Notes under the pieces: generated by a model
Told to the model about the DNA's origin: nothing
What the model saw: only the letters and a program-made list of their open reading frames with translations
The model's database searches: none
DNA from: Vicinamibacterales bacterium
GTDB lineage: Bacteria; Acidobacteriota; Vicinamibacteria; Vicinamibacterales; UBA8438
NCBI GenBank assembly: GCA_965116765.1
Contig: OZ220718.1
Coordinates: forward strand, 4,096,848-4,160,847
DNA: 64,000 nt
Direction of reading: 5' to 3'
In this document: positions 1-7,846 of the stretch, piece after piece
How the letters are laid out: each line of letters starts with the position of its first letter
Position numbering within the stretch: position 1 is the stretch's first letter
Made by a program: the position numbers and the translations under genes

Positions 1-1
1 C

Positions 2-43
2 ACCGTGACCCGCGCCATCATCGACATGCGGGAGGCCGCGTAG
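2..43 (+). CDS. 3' end of an unidentified upstream gene (partial, ...[13 protein letters not shown])
   Basis: The open frame runs off the left edge. Its TAG stop at 41-43 lies 2 nt before the fic-like ATG. Product unknown. Confidence 0.25.
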   Translation, partial: TVTRAIIDMREAA

Positions 44-45
44 CG

Positions 46-276
46 ATGAGCTTCGAGCCGAGCTTTACCGTCGCCCACGCCATCACGGCCGATCTCACGC
101 GGATCGAGCGGTCGCGGGGGTTCCTCGAGGCGGCGACGCTCTCCGAGGACGGGATCCGCGAGATGAGTGCGCGGGCGCTCGTCCTTGAGGCGCACCATAC
201 GACTCCCATTGAAGGCGCCAGGCTGACGTTGGAAGAGTTCGTCGCTGTGACACGGGAGTCGCGGCCAGAGCTGTGA
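46..276 (+). pseudogene. Fic/DOC family protein, N-terminal fragment only (76 codons)
   Basis: [65 protein letters not shown] matches the N-terminal domain of roughly 370-aa Fic proteins. Similarity stops near 245 and no Fic HxFx(D/E)GNGR core follows. Confidence 0.6.
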
Positions 277-313
277 CAAGCTGTGACATCGAGCTGTGAC
301 ACCGGCTGTAGTG
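244..313. repeat. Four to five copies of (A)GCTGTGACA at the fic breakpoint
   Basis: GCTGTGACA at 244-252. AGCTGTGACA at 269-278, 279-288 and 292-301. A degenerate GCTGTAGTG at 305-313. The core TGTGACA is nearly palindromic. Confidence 0.8.
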
Positions 314-527
314 CCGAACCATAACTCGCCGATCGAGGCGTCCCCGCTTGCGGGAACACAACGGAGAAGACGAGCAATTGCTGCGCGGTCGAGCGACGTT
401 TCGGACGGACGGGGCCGACTCTCTCGCGTGGCGAGGGCGCGTCGCCGGAGACATGGAGGGCTGAATCAACCGGAATACGCGGTCTTCGAATCGATCTTCG
501 GAATCTTCGACTCTCTCCATAAGGCCC

Positions 528-745
528 TTACAAGGTGTTGAGCATCCGACGTAGCTCTCGCTCGCCGTACGTCTTCACAAGTGCGTCTTCCGTACGAAAA
601 AGCGTATAGGCGTTCACGTTCATCCGGTCCAATCGCTGCAATACATCGTCACGCTCGTGGCAGGGAAGCGTGAGCTTCCAGCAGATTTCACGGTCTATGG
701 TGTTATCATAAGTAACGGAGTTTGTGCCTGGAGCGAGTTCCTGCG
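528..745 (-). other. Out-of-frame continuation of the FRG gene (C-terminal ~70 aa)
   Basis: A different minus frame reads ...PQELAPGTNSVTYDNTIDREICWKLTLPCHERDDVLQRLDRMNVNAYTLFRTEDALVKTYGERELRRMLNTL*, with its stop at 528-530. Adding one C in the ttcc(c)gcag run near 740 would join it to the main frame. This stretch is visibly lower in GC than its flanks. Confidence 0.6.
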
Positions 746-1486
746 GAAATTGCGTAGCAGGTGCTCGTGCGAGACGTAACAGTAGGTCCCATCTCTGCCT
801 TCGTCACGGTACTGATACATGGCCGTCGTGTACGCCGATTGTTGATCGTAGTGTCTGGTCTCTCCCTTGACGGCATTCGGCCAATAGCGGATTCCGGTTT
901 CTTTTCCTGGTAATGCGCCCTTCCCGGCTGTATAGTCCATGTATGGGTATTTCGGGGGTCGCATCACGTAGATCGCCACGCGAGGCTGGTGGTCTTCGTG
1001 ACCGTTCGCGGTACCATTCCTTATGATGGCTTCTCTGAAGGCGAAGTACGCGGCTACGTAGGGCGAAAGCGACCAGTCCAGCAGCGGAGACGGGAACCCG
1101 TGGTGGCGGAGATAAACCGCGTATCGAAACGACAGCCCTGCGGTGTCCATCGGAAAGGGATCGTCATTCTTCGCGATGGCACTATAGTTCCTGTTCGTGT
1201 GCGTTTCTACGATGGCGTGCAGGTTCTGGGCGGCATCCTCGTACCCGGCAACGGGAACGTGGAGGGCGGGATGCGCTCGGGGGAATAGGGCGCGCCGATG
1301 TCGGTACAGTGTACTTTCGAGGCTCCACGTGCTGTCTCCATGGCCCCGGTACAGTACGTCGGAATCGAAAAGTCGCTCTTGGTGGAGCCACGTCTCGAAC
1401 GCCTGGAAGTCAGCGAGCGTTTTCTCGGCAATCCCGGTCATGATGGTGGGTGGGGGCCATGGGGGTGTCGGCGGGCGGGCGGTCAC
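695..1486 (-). CDS. FRG-domain protein (main reading frame; the C-terminus continues out of frame to 528)
   Basis: Track ORF. The motifs VLYRGHGDSTWSLESTLYR and YLRHHGFPSPLLDWSLSPYVAAYFAF are typical of FRG domains (Pfam FRG, recalled from memory). Alternative ATG at 1441. No clear SD. The 5' end overlaps the upstream ATPase gene. Confidence 0.7.
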   Translation of the reverse strand: MTARPPTPPWPPPTIMTGIAEKTLADFQAFETWLHQERLFDSDVLYRGHGDSTWSLESTLYRHRRALFPRAHPALHVPVAGYEDAAQNLHAIVETHTNRNYSAIAKNDDPFPMDTAGLSFRYAVYLRHHGFPSPLLDWSLSPYVAAYFAFREAIIRNGTANGHEDHQPRVAIYVMRPPKYPYMDYTAGKGALPGKETGIRYWPNAVKGETRHYDQQSAYTTAMYQYRDEGRDGTYCYVSHEHLLRNFRRNSLQAQTPLLMITP

Positions 1487-2519
1487 CCAGGCGGGGAAAT
1501 GTAACCTCGGGCGGGGGCTGCGGCGCCGGACGGGCGATGCGCCCGGGATGTGCGGAGGCCCGTCGCCGTTCCTGCCAGAGAGTCAGGCGTTCGGCGACGA
1601 TGACGGCGAGCGTCTTCTCGCCCATGGTCAACACCGCGCGCCGCCGCACGTCTCGGCAGAATTCCTCGGCTTCGGCGTAGCGGACGGCGCCGAGCCGCCT
1701 TGCGATCGTGGCTGGCGTCCGCCCCAACGGCTGGTGGAGCGATTCGGCGAATCGGGCGAGGTAGGCGGTCAGGTCCTTGCGCGTCGGGGGATTGAGAGCG
1801 AGACGCACCTGAAACCGCCGCCAGGCCGCCCGGTCGAGGAGTTCGGCGTGGTTCGTGGCCGCGACCACCACGGTGTAGCTCGGCAGGCCGTCGACCTGCA
1901 TGAGCAGGGAGGACACTACGCGCTTGATCTCGCCGGTCTCGTGAACGTCGCCGCGCTCCTTGCCCACGGCGTCGAACTCGTCGAAGAACAACACGCACGG
2001 CGTCGTGCGGGCGTAGTCGAACACGCGCTTGAGGCGCGACGCGGCCTCGCCGAGGAAGCTGCCGCTCAGCGCCTCGTAGCGCACGACGAAGAACGGCGCC
2101 GACAAGGCCTCGGCGATCGCTTCGGCCAACGAGGTCTTGCCGTTGCCCGGCGGCCCGACGAGCAGTACGCGGTGTCGCGGCTCGAGCGAATGGGTGCGCA
2201 GGACCGAGGCCCGGTGCTGTTCCTCGATCAGCTCCTCGCAGGCGCGGCGGGCGGGGGCGGTCAGGACGAGATCGGAGAGCTTCTTCCGCGGTGTCAACTC
2301 GGCGAGGAACCGGCGGTGCGGCCGCTGGTCGGGGTTGATGAACGCGGCGGCGGAATCGGCGCCGTTCACGCGCATGGCGTCGGTCAGCCGATCCGCCAGG
2401 ACGTTGTGGCGCTTCACCCGCTCTTCGGCGATGATCGCCTCGGCCACGGAAAGCGCCCGCGCCGTGTCGCCGCTCGATCCGGCCTTGACGAGCGAAACGA
2501 GGAGGTCGCTCCGCGCCAT
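1410..2519 (-). CDS. AAA+ ATPase (single classic AAA module with an N-terminal helical domain; IetA-like architecture)
   Basis: Walker A is LLVGPPGNGKTS and Walker B is VLFFDEFD. ATNHAELLDRAAWRRF covers sensor 1 and the arginine-finger region. The ATG at 2519 is the internal Met of track ORF 1410..2636 (MARSDLLVSLVKAGSSGD...). The 3' end overlaps the FRG gene by 32-77 nt. Confidence 0.85.
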   Translation of the reverse strand: MARSDLLVSLVKAGSSGDTARALSVAEAIIAEERVKRHNVLADRLTDAMRVNGADSAAAFINPDQRPHRRFLAELTPRKKLSDLVLTAPARRACEELIEEQHRASVLRTHSLEPRHRVLLVGPPGNGKTSLAEAIAEALSAPFFVVRYEALSGSFLGEAASRLKRVFDYARTTPCVLFFDEFDAVGKERGDVHETGEIKRVVSSLLMQVDGLPSYTVVVAATNHAELLDRAAWRRFQVRLALNPPTRKDLTAYLARFAESLHQPLGRTPATIARRLGAVRYAEAEEFCRDVRRRAVLTMGEKTLAVIVAERLTLWQERRRASAHPGRIARPAPQPPPEVTFPRLGDRPPADTPMAPTHHHDRDCRENAR

Positions 2520-2648
2520 TGCTGCTCCGCAGTCCGTGGGCCGTCGCCCGCACCGTCGCGTCTCGGGTCGGCACCGACAGGCGAGACAGCCCAGTCTACC
2601 GCGAATCGCGGCCAACGGCCCCGGCCAGCCCGGCATCTCCGATGCGCG

Positions 2649-2981
2649 TCACCGCGACGCCTTCTCCTCCACCGCCTGCTTGATCCAACTGTTCAGGCTC
2701 ACGCCGTGCGCGGTCGCGGAGAGCGCGGCGCGCTGGTGCAGGTCGGGGCCGAGTCGCAGGTTGAGGGTGCCCGAGAACGGCTTCTTCGGCTCGACACCGT
2801 CTTCGCGGCACGACGCGAGGTACTCGTCGATCGACCGCTGGAACTCGCGCCGGATCCCGTCGACGTCGGTCGCCTCGAACGTCGCGATGGGATAGGCGCC
2901 GCTGTTGACGACCCGGCCGTGAAGACGGCCCTCCGGCTCGTCGAACTCGACGGCGGCCACGTAGCCCTTGTAATGCATCAT
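2649..2981 (-). CDS. hicB: HicB family antitoxin
   Basis: MMHYKGYVAAVEFDEPEGRLHGRVV...EFQRSIDEYLASCREDGVEPKKPFSGTLNLRLGPDLHQRAALSATAHGVSLNSWI shows the typical HicB fold followed by an RHH tail. Confidence 0.85.
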   Translation of the reverse strand: MMHYKGYVAAVEFDEPEGRLHGRVVNSGAYPIATFEATDVDGIRREFQRSIDEYLASCREDGVEPKKPFSGTLNLRLGPDLHQRAALSATAHGVSLNSWIKQAVEEKASR

Positions 2982-3103
2982 GGCTTCACTCCCGCAGCTT
3001 CGAGGAACGCGACGATGGCGCGGACCGCACCGCGACCCGTGTCCAGCGCCGGGTGCGGCCCGTGCACGATCATCCGCGCCGCGGCGTTCACGGGCAAGGT
3101 CGA
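2978..3103 (-). pseudogene. hicA: HicA toxin, 3' remnant only
   Basis: ...TLPVNAAARMIVHGPHPALDTGRGAVRAIVAFLEAAGVKP* ends in an ATGA overlap with the hicB start, which is the classic hicAB coupling. The N-terminal half, including the GSH motif, is absent. It is replaced by the fic-junction-like repeat. Confidence 0.4.
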
Positions 3104-3175
3104 CGTGCGGGAGGCCGTCCCGCGATCAGCTTGGAGCCGATCTTCACGGTCACCCACGCTATCACTGCTGATATA
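3098..3175 (+). repeat. Diverged second copy of the 'upstream-gene end + fic start' junction seen at 23-100
   Basis: About 80% identity by eye over about 78 bp in the same orientation. It encodes only ...LEPIFTVTHAITADI of Fic. Confidence 0.7.
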
Positions 3176-3197
3176 TGTGGTAGCTTGTCTGTGCGAC

Positions 3198-3419
3198 ATG
3201 CCTCCGGTGACCATCCATCTGTCGGGCGACCTGATTGATGCCGCGCGCAAGGAGGCGCGCGGCGGGAACCGCAGCCTGTCGGCGTCGATCGGCGGATGGG
3301 TACAGGACGCCGTCGCGAGCGACTGGGCGCGGAGCTTCGTCGATCTCCTGCACCGGGGCTCCGGCGACCTAGTCGAACCCGACGATCCGCCGCCCGAGGA
3401 CATCGAGCCGCTTCGGTAA
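3198..3419 (+). CDS. Putative RHH/VapB-like antitoxin (73 aa)
   Basis: MPPVTIHLSGDLIDAARKEARGGNRSLSASIGGWVQDAV... has an RHH-like N-terminus. Its stop overlaps the ATG of a PIN-type stub (TAATG). Confidence 0.45.
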   Translation: MPPVTIHLSGDLIDAARKEARGGNRSLSASIGGWVQDAVASDWARSFVDLLHRGSGDLVEPDDPPPEDIEPLR

Positions 3420-3484
3420 TGATGCTCCTCGACACCCCGTTGATCAACGGTGCGCCTATGGGGCGTCCTTCCCGCCGCAGCTGA
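3419..3484 (+). pseudogene. VapC/PIN toxin, 21-codon N-terminal stub
   Basis: MMLLDTPLING... is the canonical PIN start (MLLDTNVLI-type). It is followed by an early stop, and no PIN core appears in any frame downstream. Confidence 0.4.
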
Positions 3485-3626
3485 GCCCGGATGACGCTGT
3501 AAGCGTTCGGCTGCCGCATCGTCGAAGGGCAACGACTTGAACGCGCGGCTGACAGTGTCGATGCAGGTTCTCTGCTGCCAGCGCGGAGTTGTGCGTCTGA
3601 TGGCTGCAAAGCAGAGGAGCGGGGCC

Positions 3627-3905
3627 ATGGCGAGCTTGAGTGTGCGGCGCCTGGACGGCGAGATCATGCGGCGGCTGAAGATCCGGGCGCAACGGGACGG
3701 CCTGTCCGTGGAGGAGACCGTGCGTCGCATCCTGGCCGACGCCGTCGTCGACGTCGAGCCGGTCGGGGCGATGATCCGCCGCATCGTCGGCGACGATGCC
3801 ATCGATTTCGACCTGCCGGCGCGTGAGGTCGACGATCCGATCGATTTCACCTCAGGCCGATACGGCCGGGACGATCCGGGTCTTTCGGTCCCGGAACCAC
3901 GCTGA
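3627..3905 (+). CDS. FitA/VapB-like RHH antitoxin (orphan)
   Basis: MASLSVRRLDGEIMRRLKIRAQRDGLSVEETVRRILADAV is a typical Arc/RHH antitoxin N-terminus. It uses the internal Met of track ORF 3537..3905. No toxin gene follows. Confidence 0.65.
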   Translation: MASLSVRRLDGEIMRRLKIRAQRDGLSVEETVRRILADAVVDVEPVGAMIRRIVGDDAIDFDLPAREVDDPIDFTSGRYGRDDPGLSVPEPR

Positions 3906-3910
3906 ACAGC

Positions 3911-6900
3911 GTGGCCGACACGACCGCGCGTCACCGTCCCATGACTCCCGACATCTCCGAACGGGCTTTCGAGGCCGCCATCGAATGCGCGCTGCTGCGC
4001 CACGGCCCCGACGCATGCCCGGGCGACGCAGCGGCGGTGCGAGAGTCGCCGCCGACGTTCGGCGACGACCCGGCGCCGGGCGGCTACCACCGGCGCCGGC
4101 CGGACGACTACGACCGCGCCCTCTGCCTGGTCCCGGCCGACGTGGTCGACTTCCTCCTGGCCACCCAGCCCAGGCAGTGGGAGAAGCTCACGCAGCACCA
4201 CGGCGCAGACGTGAAGTCGCGCTTCCTCGGCCGGCTCTCCCGCGAGATCGCCCGCCGCGGCGCCCTCGACGTGCTGCGCAACGGCGTCAAGGACTCGGGC
4301 TGCAAGTTCCGCCTCGCGTACTTCCGCCCCGCGAGCGGACTCAACGAGGAGCTGCAGCGCCTGCACGCGGCCAACCTCTTCGCCGTCGTGCGCCAGCTCC
4401 GCTTCAGCGAGCACGACGAGCAGAGCCTCGACCTCGCGCTCTTCCTCAACGGCATCCCCGTCTTCACCGCCGAGCTCAAGAACCCCCTCAACGGCCAGGA
4501 CGTCCGCGACGCCATCCGCCAGTACCGGGAGGACCGCGACCCCCGCGAGCCGCTCTTCGGGTATGCCCGCTGCCTCGCCCACTTCGCGGTCGACCCCGAG
4601 CAGGTGTTTGTCACCACCCGCCTCGCCGGGCCGAAGACCCGGTTCCTGCCGTTCAACCGGGGACGCTTCGGCGGGGCGGGCAACCCGCCGGTCCCGCCCA
4701 CCCGGGACGGCTTCCCCACCGACTACCTCTGGGAGGAGGTCTGGGCCCGCGACAGCGTGCTGGACCTCGTCCGCCAGTTCATCCACGAGGTCGAGCAGGA
4801 GGACGACCGCGGGCGCAAGACCGGCGCGCGCCACCTGATATTCCCGCGCTACCAGCAGCTCGACTGCGTGCGCCGGCTCGTGCGCCACGCGCGCGACCAC
4901 GGCCCCAGCGAGCGCTACCTCGTCCAGCACTCGGCCGGCAGCGGCAAGAGCTTCACCATCGCGTGGCTCGCCCACCGGCTCTCGGTATTGCACGACCGCG
5001 GCGACCGGCGCGTCTTCGACTCGGTCGTGGTGGTGACCGACCGGCGCGTCCTCGACCGCCAGCTCCAGCGCAGCATCCGGCAGTTCGAGCAGACCCTCGG
5101 GGTGGTGGAGAACATCGACCAGACCTCGCGTCAGCTCCGCGAGGCCCTCGAGGCGGGCCGCACCATCATCGTCACCACCCTGCAGAAGTTCCCGGTCATC
5201 GCCGAGCAGATCGGCGAGCTGCCCGGCCGGCGCTTCGCGGTGATCGTGGACGAGGCGCACTCGTCGCAGTCGGGCGAGAGCACCAAGAGCCTCAAGGCGG
5301 TGCTCGCGGCCGGCAGCCTGGAGGACGCCGAGCGGGAGGAGGCCGGCGCCCGGACCCCGGAGGAGGAGATCGACGACCGGGTCCACGACGAGATCCGCCG
5401 CCGGGGGCGCCTGCCCAACCTGTCAACGTTCGCGTTCACCGCGACCCCCAAGCCCAGGACCCTGGAGCTCTTCGGCCGGAAACGGCCCGACGACGGGAAG
5501 TTCGAGCCCTTCCACCGCTACAGCATGCGCCAGGCCATCGAGGAGGGCTTCATCCTCGACGTGCTCGGCAGCTACTCGACGTACAAGGCCTACTGGCGCC
5601 TGCTGAAGACGATAGAGGACGACCCGCGCTACGACCGGGGCAAGGCCGAGTACCTGCTCAAGTCGTTCGTCGAGCTGCACCCGCACGCCATCGGCGAGAA
5701 GGTCGCCATCTGCGTCGAGCACTTCGCCGCGCAGGTCGCCTCCGCCATCGACGGGCGGGCCAAGGCGATGGTGGTGACGCGCTCGCGCCTGCACGCGGTG
5801 CGCACCAGGCTCGCGCTCGACGCCTATCTCGCGGAGAAGGGCCACCCCTGGAAAGCGCTCGTCGCCTTCTCGGGCACCGTGAAGGACGGCGGCCAGGCCT
5901 ACACCGAGTCGGGCATGAACTCGGCCGGGCAGGACCGCGTCGTCGGCGAGCGGCAGACGGCGGCCGAGTTCGAGAAGCCCGACTGCCGCTTCCTGGTGGT
6001 CGCGAGCAAGTTCCAGACGGGGTTCGACCAGCCGCTGCTGCACACCATGTACGTGGACAAGAAGCTCGGCGGCGTGAACGCTGTGCAGACGCTGTCGCGC
6101 CTGAACCGCACCCACCCCGGCAAGCAGGGCGTGATGGTGCTCGACTTCGCCAACGAGGCCGAGGAGATCCGGAAGGCCTTCGAGCCCTACTACGAGACCA
6201 CCCTGCTCTCGGAGGCGACCGACCCCAACCTGCTCTACGAGGTGCAGGACCGGCTGCTCGGCTTCGGCGTGTTCGCGGAGGGCGACGTCGAGGCGTTCGC
6301 GCGGGTGTGCTTCGACCCCGGGGCGACGCAGGACAGGCTCTACGCGGCGCTCGAGCCGCCGCGCCAGCGCTTCGGCGCCCTCGCCGCCGACGAGGGGCGG
6401 GACTTCCGCGGCCAGCTCGGCGACTACGTGCGGCTGTACGCCTTCCTGTCGCAGGTGCTGACGTTCGCCGACGTCGATCTCGAGAAGCTCTACGTCTTCG
6501 CCCGGCACCTCCGCCGCCTGCTGCCGGTCGACGGCGACGAGCTGCCGCGCGAGGTGCAGCAGAGCATCGACATGGAGTCGTTCCGCATCCAGCAGACCAG
6601 CCGCGGCCGCATCGCGCTGGAACGGCAGGGCGGGGCGCTCGACCCCGCCGGCAGCAAGCCGCGCGAGCGGCGCCGCCCCCGAGGAGCTGGAGCCGCTGTC
6701 GCGCATCATCGAGGCCCTGAACGAGCGCTTCGGCCTGCAGCTCGGCCCCGAGCACCGCGTCGCCCTCGAGCAGATACGCTCGGCCCTCGACGGCGACGCC
6801 GGCCTCGACGCCAGCGCCCGCGTGAACACGCGCGAGAACGTGCGGCTGACCTTCGACCCCAAGGTCGAGGACAAGATTCAGGAGATCGTCGAGACCAACT

Positions 6901-7481
6901 TCGACCTCTACAAGCGCATCACCGACGACCCCGACTTCGGCCGGGCCCTCAAGAACTTCCTCTTCGACGACTACATCCGGCGGCACCGCCGCGTCGAGGA
7001 GCTGCTGAAGCTCCAGGAATCGAAGACCCTCGAGTTCAAGTCGAGCCTGCGCTGGAACGTGAAGGATGACCGCAAGGACGACCGCCGCGTCACCCACGCC
7101 GCCCTCAAGACCATCGCCGCATTCCTCAACACCGAGGGCGGCGACCTCCTGATCGGCGTCGCCGACGACCGCACCGTCCTTGGCATCGACCACGACCGCC
7201 TCGAGAACGACGACGAGTTCATGCGCCACCTCGCCCAGGCCGTCCGCAACGGCCTCGGCGCCCGCGCCGGGACGTGCATCGACCCGAAGACGCAGATCGT
7301 CGAGGGGAAGACGGTCTGCCTGGTGAGCTGCCAGCGGAGCCCCGAGCCGGTGTACCTGCGCTGGAAGGGGCTGGAGAAGACGGCCGAGGGTGATCTCTAC
7401 GTGCGGAGCGGCCCGGGAACGGTGCGGCTCGCCGGGGCGGATGTCGCCGAGTACGTCGCTACCCGATTCGACCCGCAATGA
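3911..7481 (+). CDS. hsdR: Type I restriction enzyme R subunit (HsdR) with a C-terminal AlbA_2/Schlafen-type domain; one frameshift near 6670-6680
   Basis: The N-terminal nuclease region reads DLALFLNGIPVFTAELKNP. Helicase motifs are HSAGSGKS, DEAH and FTATP. After GALDPAGSKPRERRR the frame switches at a CCCCC run. The next frame continues with PEELEPLSRIIEALNERFG...NTRENVRLTFDPKVEDKIQEIVETNFDLY, a typical HsdR C-terminus. Total length is 3n+1. Confidence 0.85.
7017..7481 (+). other. AlbA_2 (Schlafen-like 'divergent AAA_4') domain region of the hsdR reading frame
   Basis: ESKTLEFKSSLRWN...LKTIAAFLNTEGGDLLIGVADDRTVLGIDHD...YVRSGPGTVRL matches the AlbA_2 pattern E..EFK / AFaNt.GG.l.iGV.D (recalled from memory). 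Confidence 0.65.
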
Positions 7482-7487
7482 CGATGA
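7451..7487 (+). repeat. Left copy of an imperfect ~37-bp direct repeat flanking phd-parE
   Basis: GTACGTCGCTACCCGATTCGACCCGCAATGACGATGA covers the last codons and the stop of hsdR. Confidence 0.7.
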
Positions 7488-7570
7488 AGTCCGAGCCGGT
7501 GGGCGCCGGCAGCCGGCGCCGGGTTGCCGTCAGACCCGTTCATGGACTATATTCGGTCTCACGAGGCGCC

Positions 7571-7846
7571 ATGTCACTTTCCGAACAGATCAAGCCGATC
7601 AGCTACCTGAAGGCGCACGCTGCCGAGATCCTCCGCACGCTCGCGGACCGGTCCGAGCCCTTGATCATCACCCAGAACGGCGAAGCCAAGGCTGTCGTGC
7701 AGGACATCGACAGCTATGAGCGGACGCAGGAGACCGTGGCTCTGCTCAAGATGCTGGCCCTGGGCAACCGTCAGATCGAAGCCGGCCAGGTGCAGCCCGC
7801 CGGCAAGGTCGTTGCGCAGCTTCGGGACCGGCGACGGGCCGACTGA
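7571..7846 (+). CDS. Phd/YefM family antitoxin
   Basis: MSLSEQIKPISYLKAHAAEILRTLADRSEPLIITQNGEAKAVVQDIDSYERTQETVALLKML. It uses the internal Met of track ORF 7478..7846. Confidence 0.85.
   Translation: MSLSEQIKPISYLKAHAAEILRTLADRSEPLIITQNGEAKAVVQDIDSYERTQETVALLKMLALGNRQIEAGQVQPAGKVVAQLRDRRRAD

Noticed and set aside
296-541. ORFs at 296..541 (+), 18..377 (-) and 95..520 (-) in the gap between the fic fragment and the FRG gene.
   Set aside because: They have no family resemblance, they overlap one another, and their composition is biased. The region is more likely non-coding: iterons plus the 3' flank of the FRG gene.
6680-7069. The Arg-rich C-terminal tail of track ORF 3911..7069 (...RERRRPRGAGAAVAHHRGPERALRPAARPRAPRR...).
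   Set aside because: It is an artefact of reading past the frameshift. The true HsdR continuation (LSRIIEALNERFG...) is in the neighbouring frame.
1197-7478. Very long ORFs in the track: 1197..3419 (+), 2978..5386 (-), 3796..6720 (+), 5423..6874 (-) and 5658..7478 (-).
   Set aside because: They are Arg/Pro/Ala/Gly-rich low-complexity translations that lie antisense or out of frame to genes with clear family signatures (the AAA ATPase and hsdR). This is the expected behaviour of ~70% GC DNA. Only short stretches of them are real: the RHH gene at 3198-3419 and the hicA tail.
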